Shown here in pieces: positions 1 to 13,469 of a DNA stretch of 64,000 nucleotides (positions within the stretch are counted from its first letter, which is position 1; each line of letters begins with the position of its first letter). Source of the stretch: Camelus ferus (taxonomy: Eukaryota). A model generated the notes under the pieces. It ran no database searches. It saw only the letters and a program-made list of their open reading frames with translations, and was not told where the DNA came from. The position numbers and the translations under genes were made by a program. The stretch is taken from positions 97,900,001-97,964,000 of the forward strand of contig NC_045696.1 of the NCBI RefSeq assembly GCF_009834535.1, given 5' to 3'.

Positions 1-362
1 AGAGCTACTGGTTTAGATGCTTTTTTCATCTGCGGCTTAATAATGACAGGCTCCTTTTATGGCCTCTGCTCTCAATGAACTTCAATGAGCCTCTCCCTTG
101 ACTACATATAAGAACCCCCTGGGAGTTTTTAAAAACTATTTAAACTGTTTTTTAAGTGTTCAGGACAACCTCTGGAGATTTTTATATTTAATTCAAACTT
201 AGCATTGGATTTGCTTTTGAGCTCCCAGTGTAATTCTAAAATGCAGTTAGAATTCAGAGACAGTGAGCTAATTGTTCAAAATGCTTACACCACTAATGAA
301 CAGCATGGGAAGATCTTTGTGGCCAGAAGGGGAAAAAAAGTAAAGTTGTACTACAAACTGAT

Positions 363-475
363 TTGGGGGGAGCAGCGGTAATTAGGTTTGTTTTATTATT
401 TATTTATTTTAATGGAGGGAACCCAGGACCTCGTGCATGCTAAGCGCACACTCTACCACTGAGCTATATCCTCCC
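363..475 (-). mobile_element. tRNA-derived SINE (camelid type) with a small internal deletion
   Basis: A-box TAGCTCAGTGG and partial B-box GGTTC on -; perfect target-site duplication CTACAAACTGAT at 351-362 and 476-487. Confidence 0.85.
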
Positions 476-1023
476 CTACAAACTGATGTTTTTTAATTGG
501 ATCCATACTGGTCACATTACCCACAATTTTTTAAATATTCCTTTTGATTTTACATTTTTGCATTTTGGAGGAGTCATGAATATCATCTATTAGAAATAGC
601 AGTGAGAGAAAGAAAGCTTCCTACATATACTCTGCTTTGTGATTCAAGATGAATCAGAGAATTTTCCATCTAGGGCAATGAACACATTCCCAGTCTGCAG
701 TGCCCAGGAAGAGCTGTTATTATTCATCCATTTGGATGCTCACAAATAGGACCTTTGAGAGAACTGAGAAGTGGCTTGTTGTGCAGGGCACAGAACAAGG
801 AGCCTGCATACAGCTCCATGCCCTTTAGCCAGGGCCAGCTCTGGAAGGGCTGGGGACAGCAAGGAGTTGCAGAGACACTCTTGATACATAAAGGGGTGGG
901 CAGGCCTGAATGGATCTTTTAAAAATTAAATAAATCTAGCTGGCTCTGGAGAGTAGGGGAGGCCGTCATGAAGTAGAACGTAAGATAAACCACTTTAAAA
1001 ATATAATTTCCCAACTTTTACAG

Positions 1024-1236
1024 CCATGAATGGATTCATGTACGGGAATCAGCCTGGTCTCAATATGTGCCAAGGAGATTCAGTCGTGTGGTATTTATTC
1101 AGTGCTGGAAATGAGGCCGATGTACACGGGATCTACTTTTCAGGAAACACTTACCTGTCAAGAGACGGGAGGAGAGACACAGCCAACCTCTTCCCTCAAA
1201 CGAGCCTTACACTCCTCATGCAGCCTGACACTGAAG
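1024..1236 (+). CDS. CP: Ceruloplasmin exon (human exon 11 equivalent); the gene starts upstream of this window
   Basis: ttttacag|CC...GAAG|gtgtat, 213 nt. Encodes [42 protein letters not shown]...PDTE, matching CP domain 4. Confidence 0.97.
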
Positions 1237-1885
1237 GTGTATTCCTTTAAAATCAAGACACTTCTCTGTTGGATCGATTTGTGTGGTTTTGGCTTAAAAT
1301 TCTGTGTTGGATGATAAGATCATCCTTCCCCAAGCCTCTCAGTATCCTTCCTTCCTTGCTGTCAGCTATGTACATGCTGGACGCGTCCAGTTCCTGTCTG
1401 TTGGGAGGAGGGGACGGAGTGACAAGAGTGGACTGACGTTTTTCCCATTTCCACATAGCAGGACCCTCAAAACGGTCTCCTTTTAAATTAGGATCCTTTA
1501 CACACAGCTGGCAAATCAGATTAGAAAGGGAACGATTCCCGTAAAGGCTCTGCGTCTGAACTTTTTGTCATGTCTCTGCAGCCTAGATGTAGTGTGGACT
1601 TATTGGTTGCTTACTATTGAATATTCTGTACTAGAACTATAGCCAGGCCAGTTCAGAGACCCCTGCAGGACTGGTTCTGAATGAGTAAAACAAATTAAAA
1701 CCAAAAAGGATTTTAACCAAAACATGAAAATATGCTAACTTTCTTCAGGCTTTATTTGGTTCATTATGTGTCACTGAAACGCAAGACAGGTCCAGTGTCC
1801 CTTTTTCCCTTATTCATTAGACAAATGTAAATACAGAAAAGTGAACAAAAGAGATGAAGTGTCTGCTTTTGTGGAGGTGAAATTC

Positions 1886-2025
1886 TATTTTTTTTTTAAT
1901 ATTTGGGAGGAGGTATCAGATTTGTTTGTTTATATATTTATTTTAATGGAGCGACTGGAGAATGAACCCAGGACCTTGTGCATGCTAAGCTACACGCTGT
2001 ACACTGAGCTATGCCTTCCCTACCA
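1886..2025 (-). mobile_element. tRNA-derived SINE (camelid type)
   Basis: Same family consensus; TSD TGGAG(G/C)TGAAATTC at 1872-1885 and 2026-2039. Confidence 0.85.
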
Positions 2026-2197
2026 TGGAGCTGAAATTCAAATGCAGGGAGACAGACAACAAGCAAGTATATTAACACATATATATCAGTTGATTATAAG
2101 TACTATGAAAATAGAGCAGAAGAAAGGGCTGATGACTGATGGGGGAAGATGGGGAAAAATACTCTGAAGAGGTAACCTGTCTTATTTACCATTCCAG

Positions 2198-2405
2198 GGA
2201 CTTTTGATATTGAGTGCCTCACGACTGATCACTACACAGGCGGCATGAAGCAAAAATACACGGTGAACCAGTGCCGACGGCCGTCTAAGAGTTCATACCT
2301 CTACCTGGGGAAGAGGACCTACTACATTGCAGCGGTGGAGGTGGAGTGGGATTATTCCCCAAGCAGGGAATGGGAAAAGGAGCTGCACCATTTACAAGAA
2401 CTGAA
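2198..2405 (+). CDS. CP: Ceruloplasmin exon 12 equivalent
   Basis: ttccag|GG...CTGAA|gtaatg, 208 nt. Encodes [20 protein letters not shown]...[14 protein letters not shown], including the type-1 copper ligands Cys/His/Met. Confidence 0.97.
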
Positions 2406-3697
2406 GTAATGCTCTAGACTCAGATTCCCAATTTTTTCTAGCTTTCTTTTTCAGAGAAGTAAGAATTAAGCTACATTAAATTCCAATGAACGGCTACAAA
2501 AACAGTAACAAAACGCCTCCTAGGAACCCTTCCTCATTAACTTCTGCCTCTCTGGACTGTCTCACAGGAAAGGCTTCATTTATCTCATTGATTCTCTGCA
2601 GTCACTCATCTTACTTTCTTTTTTATTGGACTCTTTTTGACTTGTGTGCCCTTATCTTGTCATTGATTTTCAAACTTATAGCAAAATGAATGGCTACATT
2701 CAGTTCTGAAACAATAATTTTCTTTACCAACCATTTATTGCTTATCTTTCTTCCAAAGATTTCATTATTAGTCCAGAGGTTATTTTAGGTTCTTAAAACT
2801 ACTTATTATGTACGGAAGAATATTTTAAATTCTTGAGGGCCCGAGAGCGGATATGGTCTCTGCCCTCTAAGAACTTAGAGGAAAATACGGCTCAAAACCA
2901 CCAATGACGTATACACCATGGAAATGTAAGTGTGGTTTCAGTGAGAATAAATGTAAGGAAAGGATGGTTATTGCAGCTTCAGAAACATTCCATGCAGAGC
3001 AGCTCACCTGACACTTCCAGCCCTTTTATACTTTGCCAGATACTCCCCGCTCCATCATCTCATGTCTTGCCCTAAACTTTCATGGATATGATTTGAGAGA
3101 TCGGGGTGGGCATGTGTTCAGATCTGGGGTGCATAACATGACTGATAACCTCTAGCTAAGCTGATGATTATATGGTTAGTTTGACTGTGATGGTGAGTAT
3201 GATTTGTGATGAATGGGAGTAAAAAGTTATTTCAGTGATTCGGGTAGAATTGTCCAAAGTATACGGAGCCATTGGGAGTCAATGAAAACTTTCAGTGAAA
3301 GGAGCGGTTGGATAAAAGGGTTCGTATAGATCAGAAATACTGCAGTACCCAGAGAACACTTCATGGGTGAAATATGGAATCAAAACATTTTAGAGCCATA
3401 AAAAACCCATTTTAGGGGTGAAGAAACTGAGGCTCTGACAGGCAATGACCAGCTGGAGGTCTTTTTAGCTGGCAACAGAGTCAGGGCCAGGACTTCAATG
3501 GCTCTGCTCCTACCTGGGTGCGCTCTCTACCACCCCTGTCTATCGTTAAAATCTTATTCTTTCCTGCTGGAATAGGACAGTGATATCAAAACCTAGCATC
3601 ATGAAATAAAAACTACATTTTTATTCAAAATTTAAAACTTAACGTCCACTCTCCTTAAGACAAATAGTAACCTTAATTGTGTGTGTGTGTTTCCAAG

Positions 3698-3837
3698 TGT
3701 TCCGAATGCATTTTTAGATAAGGAAGAATACTACATAGGCTCCAAGTACAAGAAAGTCGTGTATCGGCAGTACACTGACAGCACGTTCAGCGTTCCAGTG
3801 GAGAGGAAAGCAGAAGAGGAACATCTGGGAATTCTAG
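3698..3837 (+). CDS. CP: Ceruloplasmin exon 13 equivalent
   Basis: ttccaag|T...CTAG|gtactc, 140 nt. Encodes [30 protein letters not shown]...HLGILG. Confidence 0.96.
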
Positions 3838-4863
3838 GTACTCTCACAGCTCCGGTTCCTCAGATGTGGGTTAGTGACGTACGTGTAGTCTACGGGTTTA
3901 ATTTTCGTGGTTCATAGATTAAAGTTATTCTCAAATAAAAATACCAGTCATTCAATCAAATGAGAAGCCATATTTATTAAAAATACGGCATCATCAAATA
4001 TTACTTATTTCTGTCAGTAACAATATATTCTACACCATACACTAATGAAGTTGTATATATTTGGTACTTATCAAATTGATGCCTGTAGTTTTGATGAAAG
4101 TGCTAGAAATTACTTTCTATTGAAATTCTTAACCAAATTGTTATTCCCAACTTCAAAAAACAAAATCATAGCTATTTACTTTTAAAGCTAAGATGTACAT
4201 GATTAACTCCAAGAAATGTACATGTAAATAAGGAAATAAGGAAAAGGGAAAAGTGTCACAGTGAACAGTTTTGGGGAAAAGTTGCCTTCGATTTTTCAGG
4301 GATCACTTTAAGACAGAATGTCTAAGAATTCCACCAACAGCGGTCTTGGGAGTTTCCTTGAACGCAGTCAAGTGCCAAGGAAGCCACTCCCAACCCCACT
4401 GTGTTTCTACACTAACCAAATTCTTGGGGCTGGGTCCTAGAAACTCCCTCAGGCAGGAGACAAGCTAAGATTGGCTAGAGGGTAGAAATGGGAGGGGTAG
4501 CCTCACCCATCCTTTCAAACTGTCCTTAATTCACAGGAAGCTCTGGAAGTCCAGATGTTGAGAAATGAGTCCTGGCCAGGGTAGGGGCACAGCTGATGTA
4601 CTATGATGAGGCCACTGTCCTGCAGGGAGCGTTCAGGCCAAATCCTCCACTAGGACTCTTGATAAGAAACGAACCCATGGTCTCCATCTTTAGAGACAGC
4701 TATAACTAGTGTTTTTATCCTGAATCCTTTGGGACCAGGTATTAATCCGAGAATGATTTACAGCATGAAGCCTGGGGGTGGGGGACAACCCCCTTAACAA
4801 TAAAAAAAAATCACCTGATCTTTGCTTTTATTACTGAGTTAGAGTTTCCAATCCGACAGGTAG

Positions 4864-5052
<189 letters not shown>

Positions 5053-5639
5053 TAATAGAGTCTACAGCCTTTTTACAAACAACTGTTATCCAAATGAGTG
5101 CACCTTGAGGAAGTGAAGAAGGAGGTGGTTAAGAGGGCCCAAAGGGAGTTGTGTCTGTGTGATGTATGCCTACATGCACGTACCAAAAAAAAAAACAATC
5201 CATAGAACTGTAAGGAAAATACCTCATGGTCCTGGACACCTCTACATACTTAAGGTTGAGTCAGCAAAGATGATCACCCCAGGCTCAGCTAGAACACATC
5301 CCAGATAAATTTACCGTGTGGCTAAACGTTTCCATGACTGTATCCAAAGACAGCACCCTAAGGGCAGAGGCTGCCACTCAGAATTCTAAGGCCCCTGAAT
5401 CTAGTCCAGTATCTGGCATGTACTAGGCGCTCCATAAATGTTTCTTTAATTAATAGAGTAAAAACTGAAATAGGTTAAATACACAGGTGTGTATTTTCTT
5501 TAATAAAAACTGTATTTTTCTCCAATTAGTTGGAAAGTTGGCTTCTAGTAAAGGACTAATTTCTCAGTAATTTAGCAGTTCCCAAACGTATCAAGTGAAA
5601 AAAAAAATACATTGCTCTATAGAGTTGGTCTTGTCAATT

Positions 5640-6430
5640 TAGGGGAATAGAAATAAAAAGCCCTGCCCACATGACTTTCATATTCGTCTGAGATAAATAG
5701 TAAATAAATAGAGAGATAGTATCAAGTTGTAAAAGTGCAATGAAAAAGATTAAGGCAGATGAGCGAGAGTAAGTAACAAGGGTGTTATTTTAGGTAGTGG
5801 GGGCTGGTCTGGAGGGCTTCTCTGAGGAGGTGCCATGGGTGAAGACACCTAAATGATAAGTAATGAGCCACAGGGGGTTATAGAGGGAGAGCATTCTAGG
5901 TCTCGAGATGGAAGTGGACTTGGTGTGTCTGAGGAATGGCATGGAGGCCAGAGGCCAGAGGCCAGAGCAGAGCAAACAGGGGCAGGGTGTGAGAAGATGA
6001 GATCCAGGGAGCGCAGGGAGCCAGAAGCTACAGGAGTTGGGGGACCTTAGAGGCCATGGTGACAACCTTATCTTTTATTCTAAAATCCCGTATGAGCGTC
6101 TGAGCTGGAGAGTGATGATCCAATGAACACTTTTTAAAGGACTGTACTGTCTGGTGTGTGAATGACTGTAGGGGACAAGGGCAGAATCAAGGATCAGTTA
6201 GGGGACTACCCCGATACTCTGGGTAAAAAACTAGTAAGACTTGGACTGGGGTGGAAGCAGCTGAAGTGGGGAGTTGTCATACTCTGGTTCTATTTTAAAG
6301 GTGGTGCTTAAAGGATCTGCTGAGAGATTGGGCATTAGAGAATGTTAGGGAAGGAGGAGTCAAGGACAAGCCCAAGGTTCTGGGCATCGACCACTGATAG
6401 CAGAGTAGTTTAGGGCAGGGAATGGAAAAA
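5640..6430 (-). mobile_element. L2 fragment
   Basis: Purine-rich degenerate L2 motifs (GGCTTCTCTGAGGAGGTG, GGATCTGCTGAGAGATTGG, GTCAAGGAC...CCAAGGTT); boundaries approximate. Confidence 0.55.
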
Positions 6431-7500
6431 AGAATAAAATGCTATTTTTTTGGCTTCGGAAACTAAGAGTCTAGACGAAGAGGCAGTAAGTTCAGATGAT
6501 GAATCTATGCTTTACATTCCCATTGAAATGTTCTGCTTACGAAAAAGGTTGAGGACATAGGGGCAGGTAAGATAGAGGACTTGAGGACAAAGGAAAAAGT
6601 CTAGCATGTCCTCTGAGATGATCCCTCATGTCCTGCTTGATTCCCTAGTAAACATTTGTCATATTCCAGCTAATGAAACTCTGATAGCATGAATATGTAA
6701 TGGTGAGGTCTGCATAACGGGATTGGAGAGTGACCGTGGTTCTTGTGAGCAGTTGTACAGCGAGCCCTGAGGTGACTGGCAGCAAAGATCAGGCTGGAGA
6801 GGAACTCAGAGCAAATGGAAGGAGGTAAAGACCTTGGCAAGAGAGGAGGGTGGAGCAACTGTTCACCTTCCAAGTGTGAGGTCCAGGATGTGGTCGTGTC
6901 CTAAATGTGACAGAGTTATGACGGAACAGTATATGGTATGACAGAATGGGACAGGCAAGAGAGGTCATTGTGACAGGTCAGTGATTAAGACGTCTAATGG
7001 CTCCTTGCCAGGAACCGTGAAATCACAGAGGGTAATGGTGAAAAAGGAGAAAAGGAAGACCACAGGGAAGTTTAAGGAATTACGCAGGATAGTCCAGATA
7101 CACAGATATGGAGAAGATGGTTGGCACTGGGGGAAAATCACTTGAGACCTGAAAAGAAAAAAGTTTATTAGAGAAACAGACTTCAAACTCAGAAAAGATC
7201 TGTTGCAAAATTTCTTTGAATTGTGATACTGGAATTGCCACCTTCTGGCTTTGTGATGTGACCTGTGTGGCATAGCTAGTTAATTCATAATTGACAAAGA
7301 AGATACAAAAGTGTGTCTTATTGTTGATCTTAAAACTAAATTCTTGAAAATGACCTTGAGTACCACTGCTTTTTAAAACTAATTACTTTGACATTTTAAG
7401 TTTCTGAGTCATTGGTTATCAAGGCTTTGACACCAATTTGATATACATATATCAAATCATACCAAATATAACCAGATCTATTAACACTTGATTAATTTAG

Positions 7501-7607
7501 GTGAAATTCGCACTTACATATGGAAAATCCCAGAAAGATCTGGAGCTGGAATAGGTGATTCTGCTTGTATTCCATGGGCTTACTATTCAACTGTGGATCG
7601 GGTTAAG
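7501..7607 (+). CDS. CP: Ceruloplasmin exon 15 equivalent
   Basis: atttag|GT...TAAG|gtaaac, 107 nt. Encodes [35 protein letters not shown]. Confidence 0.96.
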
Positions 7608-9093
7608 GTAAACTTTAAATAATTTGTTTGGTGCAAATTCCCAAAATAGACACACAATTGAAGGAAGGTGAGGTTAGAGTTTTCCTGTGGTCCAATTCTA
7701 TGTTAAAATCACAGGAAAGTAAGATGCTCTGCAATTCACTTTGGTTTCTTTTCTTTTTCTTTTTTTTTTTTTTTTTTGGTGTGGGGGGTTGTTTAAAGAG
7801 ACAGTTTTAAATGTATCAACTCTATGACTGCTGATTATGGGTGCCACAGAATTAAATATTAATCAATACAGTATTTAATTTCCTTTTTGATATCGAAGAA
7901 CTGAGGTACATGATTTCAGATCTCTATTATTAAATGCTAATAAAAATGGTGACCTCAGCAGTCAATCACAGCACAGCAAAGCCTGCTGGTTGATTAAAAT
8001 GTTTCAGTGTCAAAAAGCACTCAATGACTATAAATCAGAACATGTACCAAGACTCTTGTAGAATTCAGTCTCTAGTCCAATTCTCCCTTCTGAGTTCCAG
8101 ACCTGTCTATATATCCACCTACTGAAGAACATCTCTTACCAGCTTGTCCCACAGGCATGGAAACCCAGCAACTCTATAACAGAAACTGAGATCTTCCTCC
8201 ACTTCCTCCTGTATTCCCAATTGCAGTAAATAGCACAAGTACCAAACCTATTCATTTGTTCAAGCTAGAACCCTGGATATAAAATACCTAATTCTTACCC
8301 CTGGCTCACCCAGGTGATTCACCCATCTACACAGAGCTCAGTCCATTCCTTTTATCTCCACAGATCAGATGCTAGTAATTTCCCTTAACTACTGCCCGGC
8401 CTCCTAGTCTCTAGTCTCTTCCCCATACAAGCCTTCCTTCACTCCACCACCAGGATCACTGGTCTGAAAGGCTTCCATTCCATGTTCAGTTTTTCAATGG
8501 CTACTTAAGACTCACAAGACAAAATCTAAAAATTCCTAAATACAATACAGCTCAAAGGCCCTTCAAGGTCTAATCTGCCATTACTGATGCCAAGCCAAAT
8601 CAAACTCCTCGTAGATTTAAGTCCATCGTGGTCTTCCCCTTGTGTTCATTAGCACTTGACGTACCGCCATTGTTGCAAGCGGTTCATTTCTTCTAATCCT
8701 CTGTCCTACTAGACTGAGTTCCTGGAGGGCAAGGGCTTTGTTTCATTCATCTCTGGATTTTTAGTGACAGGCACAGCACCCGGCTTATGGAATAGGCAAA
8801 CCAGCACTGTTTGTTTGCAGTTCTTCTCAACTGCTGCTCATTAGCTGAGCCAATATTTGGCTTCTGCACACATTTGTTACTTCAGCATCACCACACAACT
8901 TACCTACTACTCACCATTGTTCCAATTTAACTACTTCAAGTGGAAAGTTACTGGCTTGACAGAACCACACTGAGTAAAGTCTGCTACCTAAACCAGTCCC
9001 TCCAAAATTCCTGAGGTCATGGATGGTTAGGTCCCAGTTCTCTGAAATCCTGACCCGTATCACAATGATGACTAAGTTTTTGCTTGTTTTCAG

Positions 9094-9310
9094 GATCTCT
9101 ACAGTGGATTAATTGGTCCACTGATTGTTTGTCGGAAATCTTACTTGAAAGTATTCAATCCCATAAAGAAACCGGAATTTTCCCTTCTGTTTCTTGTTTT
9201 TGATGAGAATGAATCTTGGTACTTAGATGACAACATCAAAACATACTCTGACCACCCTGAGAAAGTAGACAAAGCCAATGATGAATTCATAGAAAGCAAT
9301 AAAATGCATG
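9094..9310 (+). CDS. CP: Ceruloplasmin exon 16 equivalent
   Basis: tttcag|GAT...CATG|gtatga, 217 nt. Encodes [14 protein letters not shown]...[19 protein letters not shown]...SNKMH. Confidence 0.97.
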
Positions 9311-9740
9311 GTATGATACATTATTCTAAAACCTATTTTTTCTCTTTTCTTCTTTCAAATACAATCACTTTGGAGACTACCCCTTTGTTTCATTTTATAA
9401 TAAACCAATCCTGCCAGACTTTGCATGTGAGGTAGAATTCTATTCAAAGCAAAAAGAGGGACTATGTTTAAAACCATCTATTAACTTCTCTCCCAATGCC
9501 AAAGTCTCATTCCCTTTTAAATAAACTCAAAATTGGGAATAAGATTTTTGGTGCTAAGTGACTAGACAAGCAGTGCAATATTATTGACCTTAAAGTGTCC
9601 ATTTCCCATATCTGTAGTGAAATAAGTTCTATTATCTCAAAAAGATCCCATTCACTAACCTAATCATCGTATTTCCTGTGAAATAGCTGTTGGTTTAAAA
9701 TATCCCAGAGGTAATAAAAAAATATCATGTTTTCCCCCAG

Positions 9741-9880
9741 CTATTAATGGAAGAATGTTTGGGAACCTGCAAGGCCTCACAATGCACGTGGGAGATGAAG
9801 TCAACTGGTATCTGATGGGAATGGGCAACGAAATAGACTTGCACTCAGTACATTTCCATGGCCACAGCTTCCAATACCAG
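9741..9880 (+). CDS. CP: Ceruloplasmin exon 17 equivalent
   Basis: ccccag|CT...CCAG|gtaagg, 140 nt. Encodes [46 protein letters not shown], with the HxxHxH copper motif. Confidence 0.97.
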
Positions 9881-10982
9881 GTAAGGGCCACCCACCGTTG
9901 TTATCCCTGCTCTATTTGAAAATGTTTTAACACAAATGAAGAGAACATTTCCTCAGAGAGACTTAGGAAACGCTTAAGGTTTCAAGAGAACTATTTCCAA
10001 AGAGTGTGGCACACAGCAACTCCAACTGCTGTCACTATCCTTTGCTACACGCTGGGCTCTTCCTTGGATTTATAGTTTTTACTGGGCTTTCCGGGAGTTC
10101 TGCCCACATATTCTTGGGCAAAGTATTGGAATGGAATCGTCAGCAAAGAGAGCAGGAATGTTCATGTAATGAGGGGTCAGAGTACAGAGACTAGACTTTA
10201 TTATAACCTTTGCCAGTTCTAAGTTCTGAATGTTAAATGGCCTGAAGAGAACAAGATCATCAGTTTGGTGTCAAGCAACTGATTGGTCCCTGGATTTCAA
10301 TCATACTTCAACTGCTCACGCAGTGCTGATTTCAGCAGGAATCAGTAGCCCTCTTGGAAATGCTTTTTTCTTATCCTTTGAGTTAATGTAGAAAATTCAG
10401 AAGCTACCACAAAGCACACTGCAGAAAAGACTATTTTATGACCTGTGTTTTGGTTTACCTCTTAGCAGACTTTCAACGCCATCCCTGCAGAAAAATCTCC
10501 CGAGTGCTCCGTCTAGTTGGGACTCTACCTGAATTGCCCCTGGCTTTGGCTTCTCCATCAGCCTCTTTTTCTGCTCTCTTCATTGCCTACCTGCCCTCAA
10601 GTTCACAGACCAGCTTATCTAGGATGGGCTCAGCAAGAAATGGGGCCACAGCTAAATTCCCTTGTGTGACCCAAGTGCTCTGATAAAAAGGAAAACCAGA
10701 GTCAAATTGAAAGAGATAACAGGTGTTCCTGATTGATGAATTCATTTTCATCCCATCTTTCCCTCATGCATCCTTAATGGCCCATAGTGCCAAGGTTTAG
10801 CAAAGACCACACATCTCATTGTATTAGATGTAGAAGTGTGGAGGGTCTCTCTCTACCCTGCTCTCTTTCTTAATGGGTTTATTCATTTTTCTAATATCCC
10901 TGAGCTGGCCAATGAAAGATTATTTGAATGAACTCTCACACATAATAAACATTATATAATATTTGTCGTTTTTCTAATTAAG

Positions 10983-11145
10983 CACAGGGGCATCTATAGT
11001 TCTGACGTCTTTGACGTTTTCCCTGGGACATACCAAACCTTAGAAATGTCTCCAAGAACACCTGGAACCTGGTTACTCCACTGCCATGTGACTGACCACA
11101 TTCATGCTGGAATGGAAACTACTTACACCGTTCTACCAAATGCAG
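10983..11145 (+). CDS. CP: Ceruloplasmin exon 18 equivalent
   Basis: attaag|CAC...GCAG|gtaaat, 163 nt. Encodes [22 protein letters not shown]...[25 protein letters not shown], the multicopper oxidase HCHxxxHxxxxM signature. Confidence 0.97.
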
Positions 11146-11620
11146 GTAAATATCCAGTTAGTAATTCCAGAAGGCGTGTATCACGAACATAATTAAGGTG
11201 CGCTACTTGGCCTATAGACTTCTCCCATTTGTGAACTTACTGTTCTGATTTCTTCCTTCTTTACCTCCAAGCAGGAATTTTCTTTCACTGCTAAATGGTG
11301 TGGGACTCTGCTTCTGTTCTGACAGCTGGTACTGACGCAGCACCAATAGTGCAAACTGACACCAATCTGATGCATTGTTACTTAACATCCTTAAAACTGA
11401 TCCGTGTAAGAGAGTAGTTGTGACTTAACAAGTCACTTTTAAAATTTACTCTTTCTTAATAGAAAGTATTACTGGTTTTTTCTAGGTAGTATTTAGTACA
11501 GGAGAAAGGCTCCCCAAACCCTAAATAACCCAATATAATTTCAAATAGTCAATCAGGCAAAACAGTGTGTTTCTGTGCTTCTAGGGGGAGGGGAAGCATT
11601 ACTGATTATTTGCCAATGAT

Positions 11621-11962
11621 TGTCTCAGTCCATTTGGGCTGCTGTAACAAAATACCAGACTGGGTAGCTTATGAAGAAAAAGACTTATTTTCACAGCTCC
11701 GGAGACTGTTAACCTGAGGTCGGGGTGCTAATATGGTAGGCTGAGGGTCCTTCTCCATGTTGCAGACTTATTACATCTACACATGGCAGAAGGACAGGCT
11801 AGCTCTTGGGCCTCCTTTATAAGGACACTAATCCCATTCATGAGGGCTCCACCCTCCTGACCAAATCATTTCCCAAAGGCCCCACCACCTAACTCTATCA
11901 CTTTGGGCATCAGGTTTTCAACACAAGAAATCTGGGGGCACACAAACGTTTAGACCATAGCA
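11621..11962. mobile_element. MaLR solo LTR (MLT1-like)
   Basis: TG...CA termini; GCTGCTGTAACAAAATACC and CTAATCCCATTCATGAGGGCTCCACCCTC motifs typical of MLT1; flanks ATGAT/AAGAT. Confidence 0.8.
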
Positions 11963-13469
11963 AAGATCCAGGGAAAATATAGACCCTAAACTCCCTGCTC
12001 TGCCCACCCCCACAAGAACACTCCCTCCTCCACAGGCACATGCATCTGCACGCACACAGTGAAAACACAAAAAAACAAACAGCCCCTGTATGGGTGCACA
12101 CTGAACACTGACAAAACGTGTTGTATGAAGAGTAAAATTCCTGCTATAACAGCTGCAAGCTTCGGTGTTTCCTGGGTCTTCTGAGTTCAGAACTGTTGGA
12201 ATTGGCAATGGCAAATCCAATGAGGGGAAACTCCTTATGTTTCCTCCTCAAAACTGGCATAAAAGGGGACATATAAATGGAAGAAAATATAGAAGTCAAC
12301 ATATTTCAAAAATTAAAAATCACTGAAGAGCAACCATGGCTGCCAACGAAAAGTTTAATTTCTGCTCCTCAGTCTTACACAAAGGCCTCCTAACATGAAA
12401 AACGATTTCCATTGAGACCCTTTATTACACAGAGTGGTACTGAGAGCACCAGAATGCCAAAGACTCAGACAGATAAACCTCTGGCTCTAAAGCCAGGAAG
12501 TGCTAAACAAGGTGAAGAGCCAAAGGTGAGAAAGAAAACTTTAAGCAGAATTCAAAGAACTTTAGCACACATGGAGACCACACAAACGATGGTCCTGCTC
12601 AGAGAAATAACCCAGAGTGAGGGAACTCTGAGGAAGGCCTTCTGGAGATCTGTGTGTACAAATGCCTGGCATTCCGAGGATGCTGCTACAGGCTGAGCCC
12701 ACACACAGAGGCAGTGAAGAGATCCCCTTTGTATGATAAGCCTGGAAGGAGAAGAGGGAGATGATCACTTGCTTGGCTGAAAAAAAAGGGGAGACTGTTC
12801 TAAAAGCCGTAGTAAAAACTGCAGAACAAATAGCAAATGTGAAGGGACAACACACGTTGGAGAAAGGTTAAAGACAAACTTGGCTTTTACAAAGGGAAAA
12901 GGTACTGTATGGGACTGAAAGAGGCAGTAATGAGCCAAAAAGATAGTTTGAACATTTCACAGAAAAATCGGGGAGCCACATGTACCAGTCTGAATTACCC
13001 TGGAATGAAAGTTTGATAAATCTTTGGCCAAGTCTACTTTAATTCTAAATCTTAGAAAAATTTCCACCTACCAAGATATGGACAAGAGAGAAAATCAAGT
13101 TATGGTGAAATCTTTCAATATTATGCACCAGGAGACAGACAATTTCCTCCACAAAGAAAAAAAAATTATTAGAAAAGAATTGTGGATATCCTGTCATACT
13201 TAATGGTATGCCTCACTTCCTCTAGCAGAGGAAGCATAAGGAAGGCCTCCTCTGACAAATATAAAAGGTACTTTTTTTAGACTGACCCTTCCACAACAGT
13301 CAGATAACCTTTGGGAGCCGTCTGCAGGACGACAGCCTGCTTAGCTCTTAAGTTCCTCATAGGCAGGGAGTGTATATTCTGTATTTCCAGTAGGTGCCCA
13401 AATCCAATCCAATACTTGCTTGTTAAATATCTAACCACATATTAATTCAATGAAAAGGAATTTAAAAAA

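Noticed and set aside
11146..11191. Intron-retained CP C-terminus [15 protein letters not shown]
   Set aside because: A short read-through frame is expected at any intron; there is no independent support.
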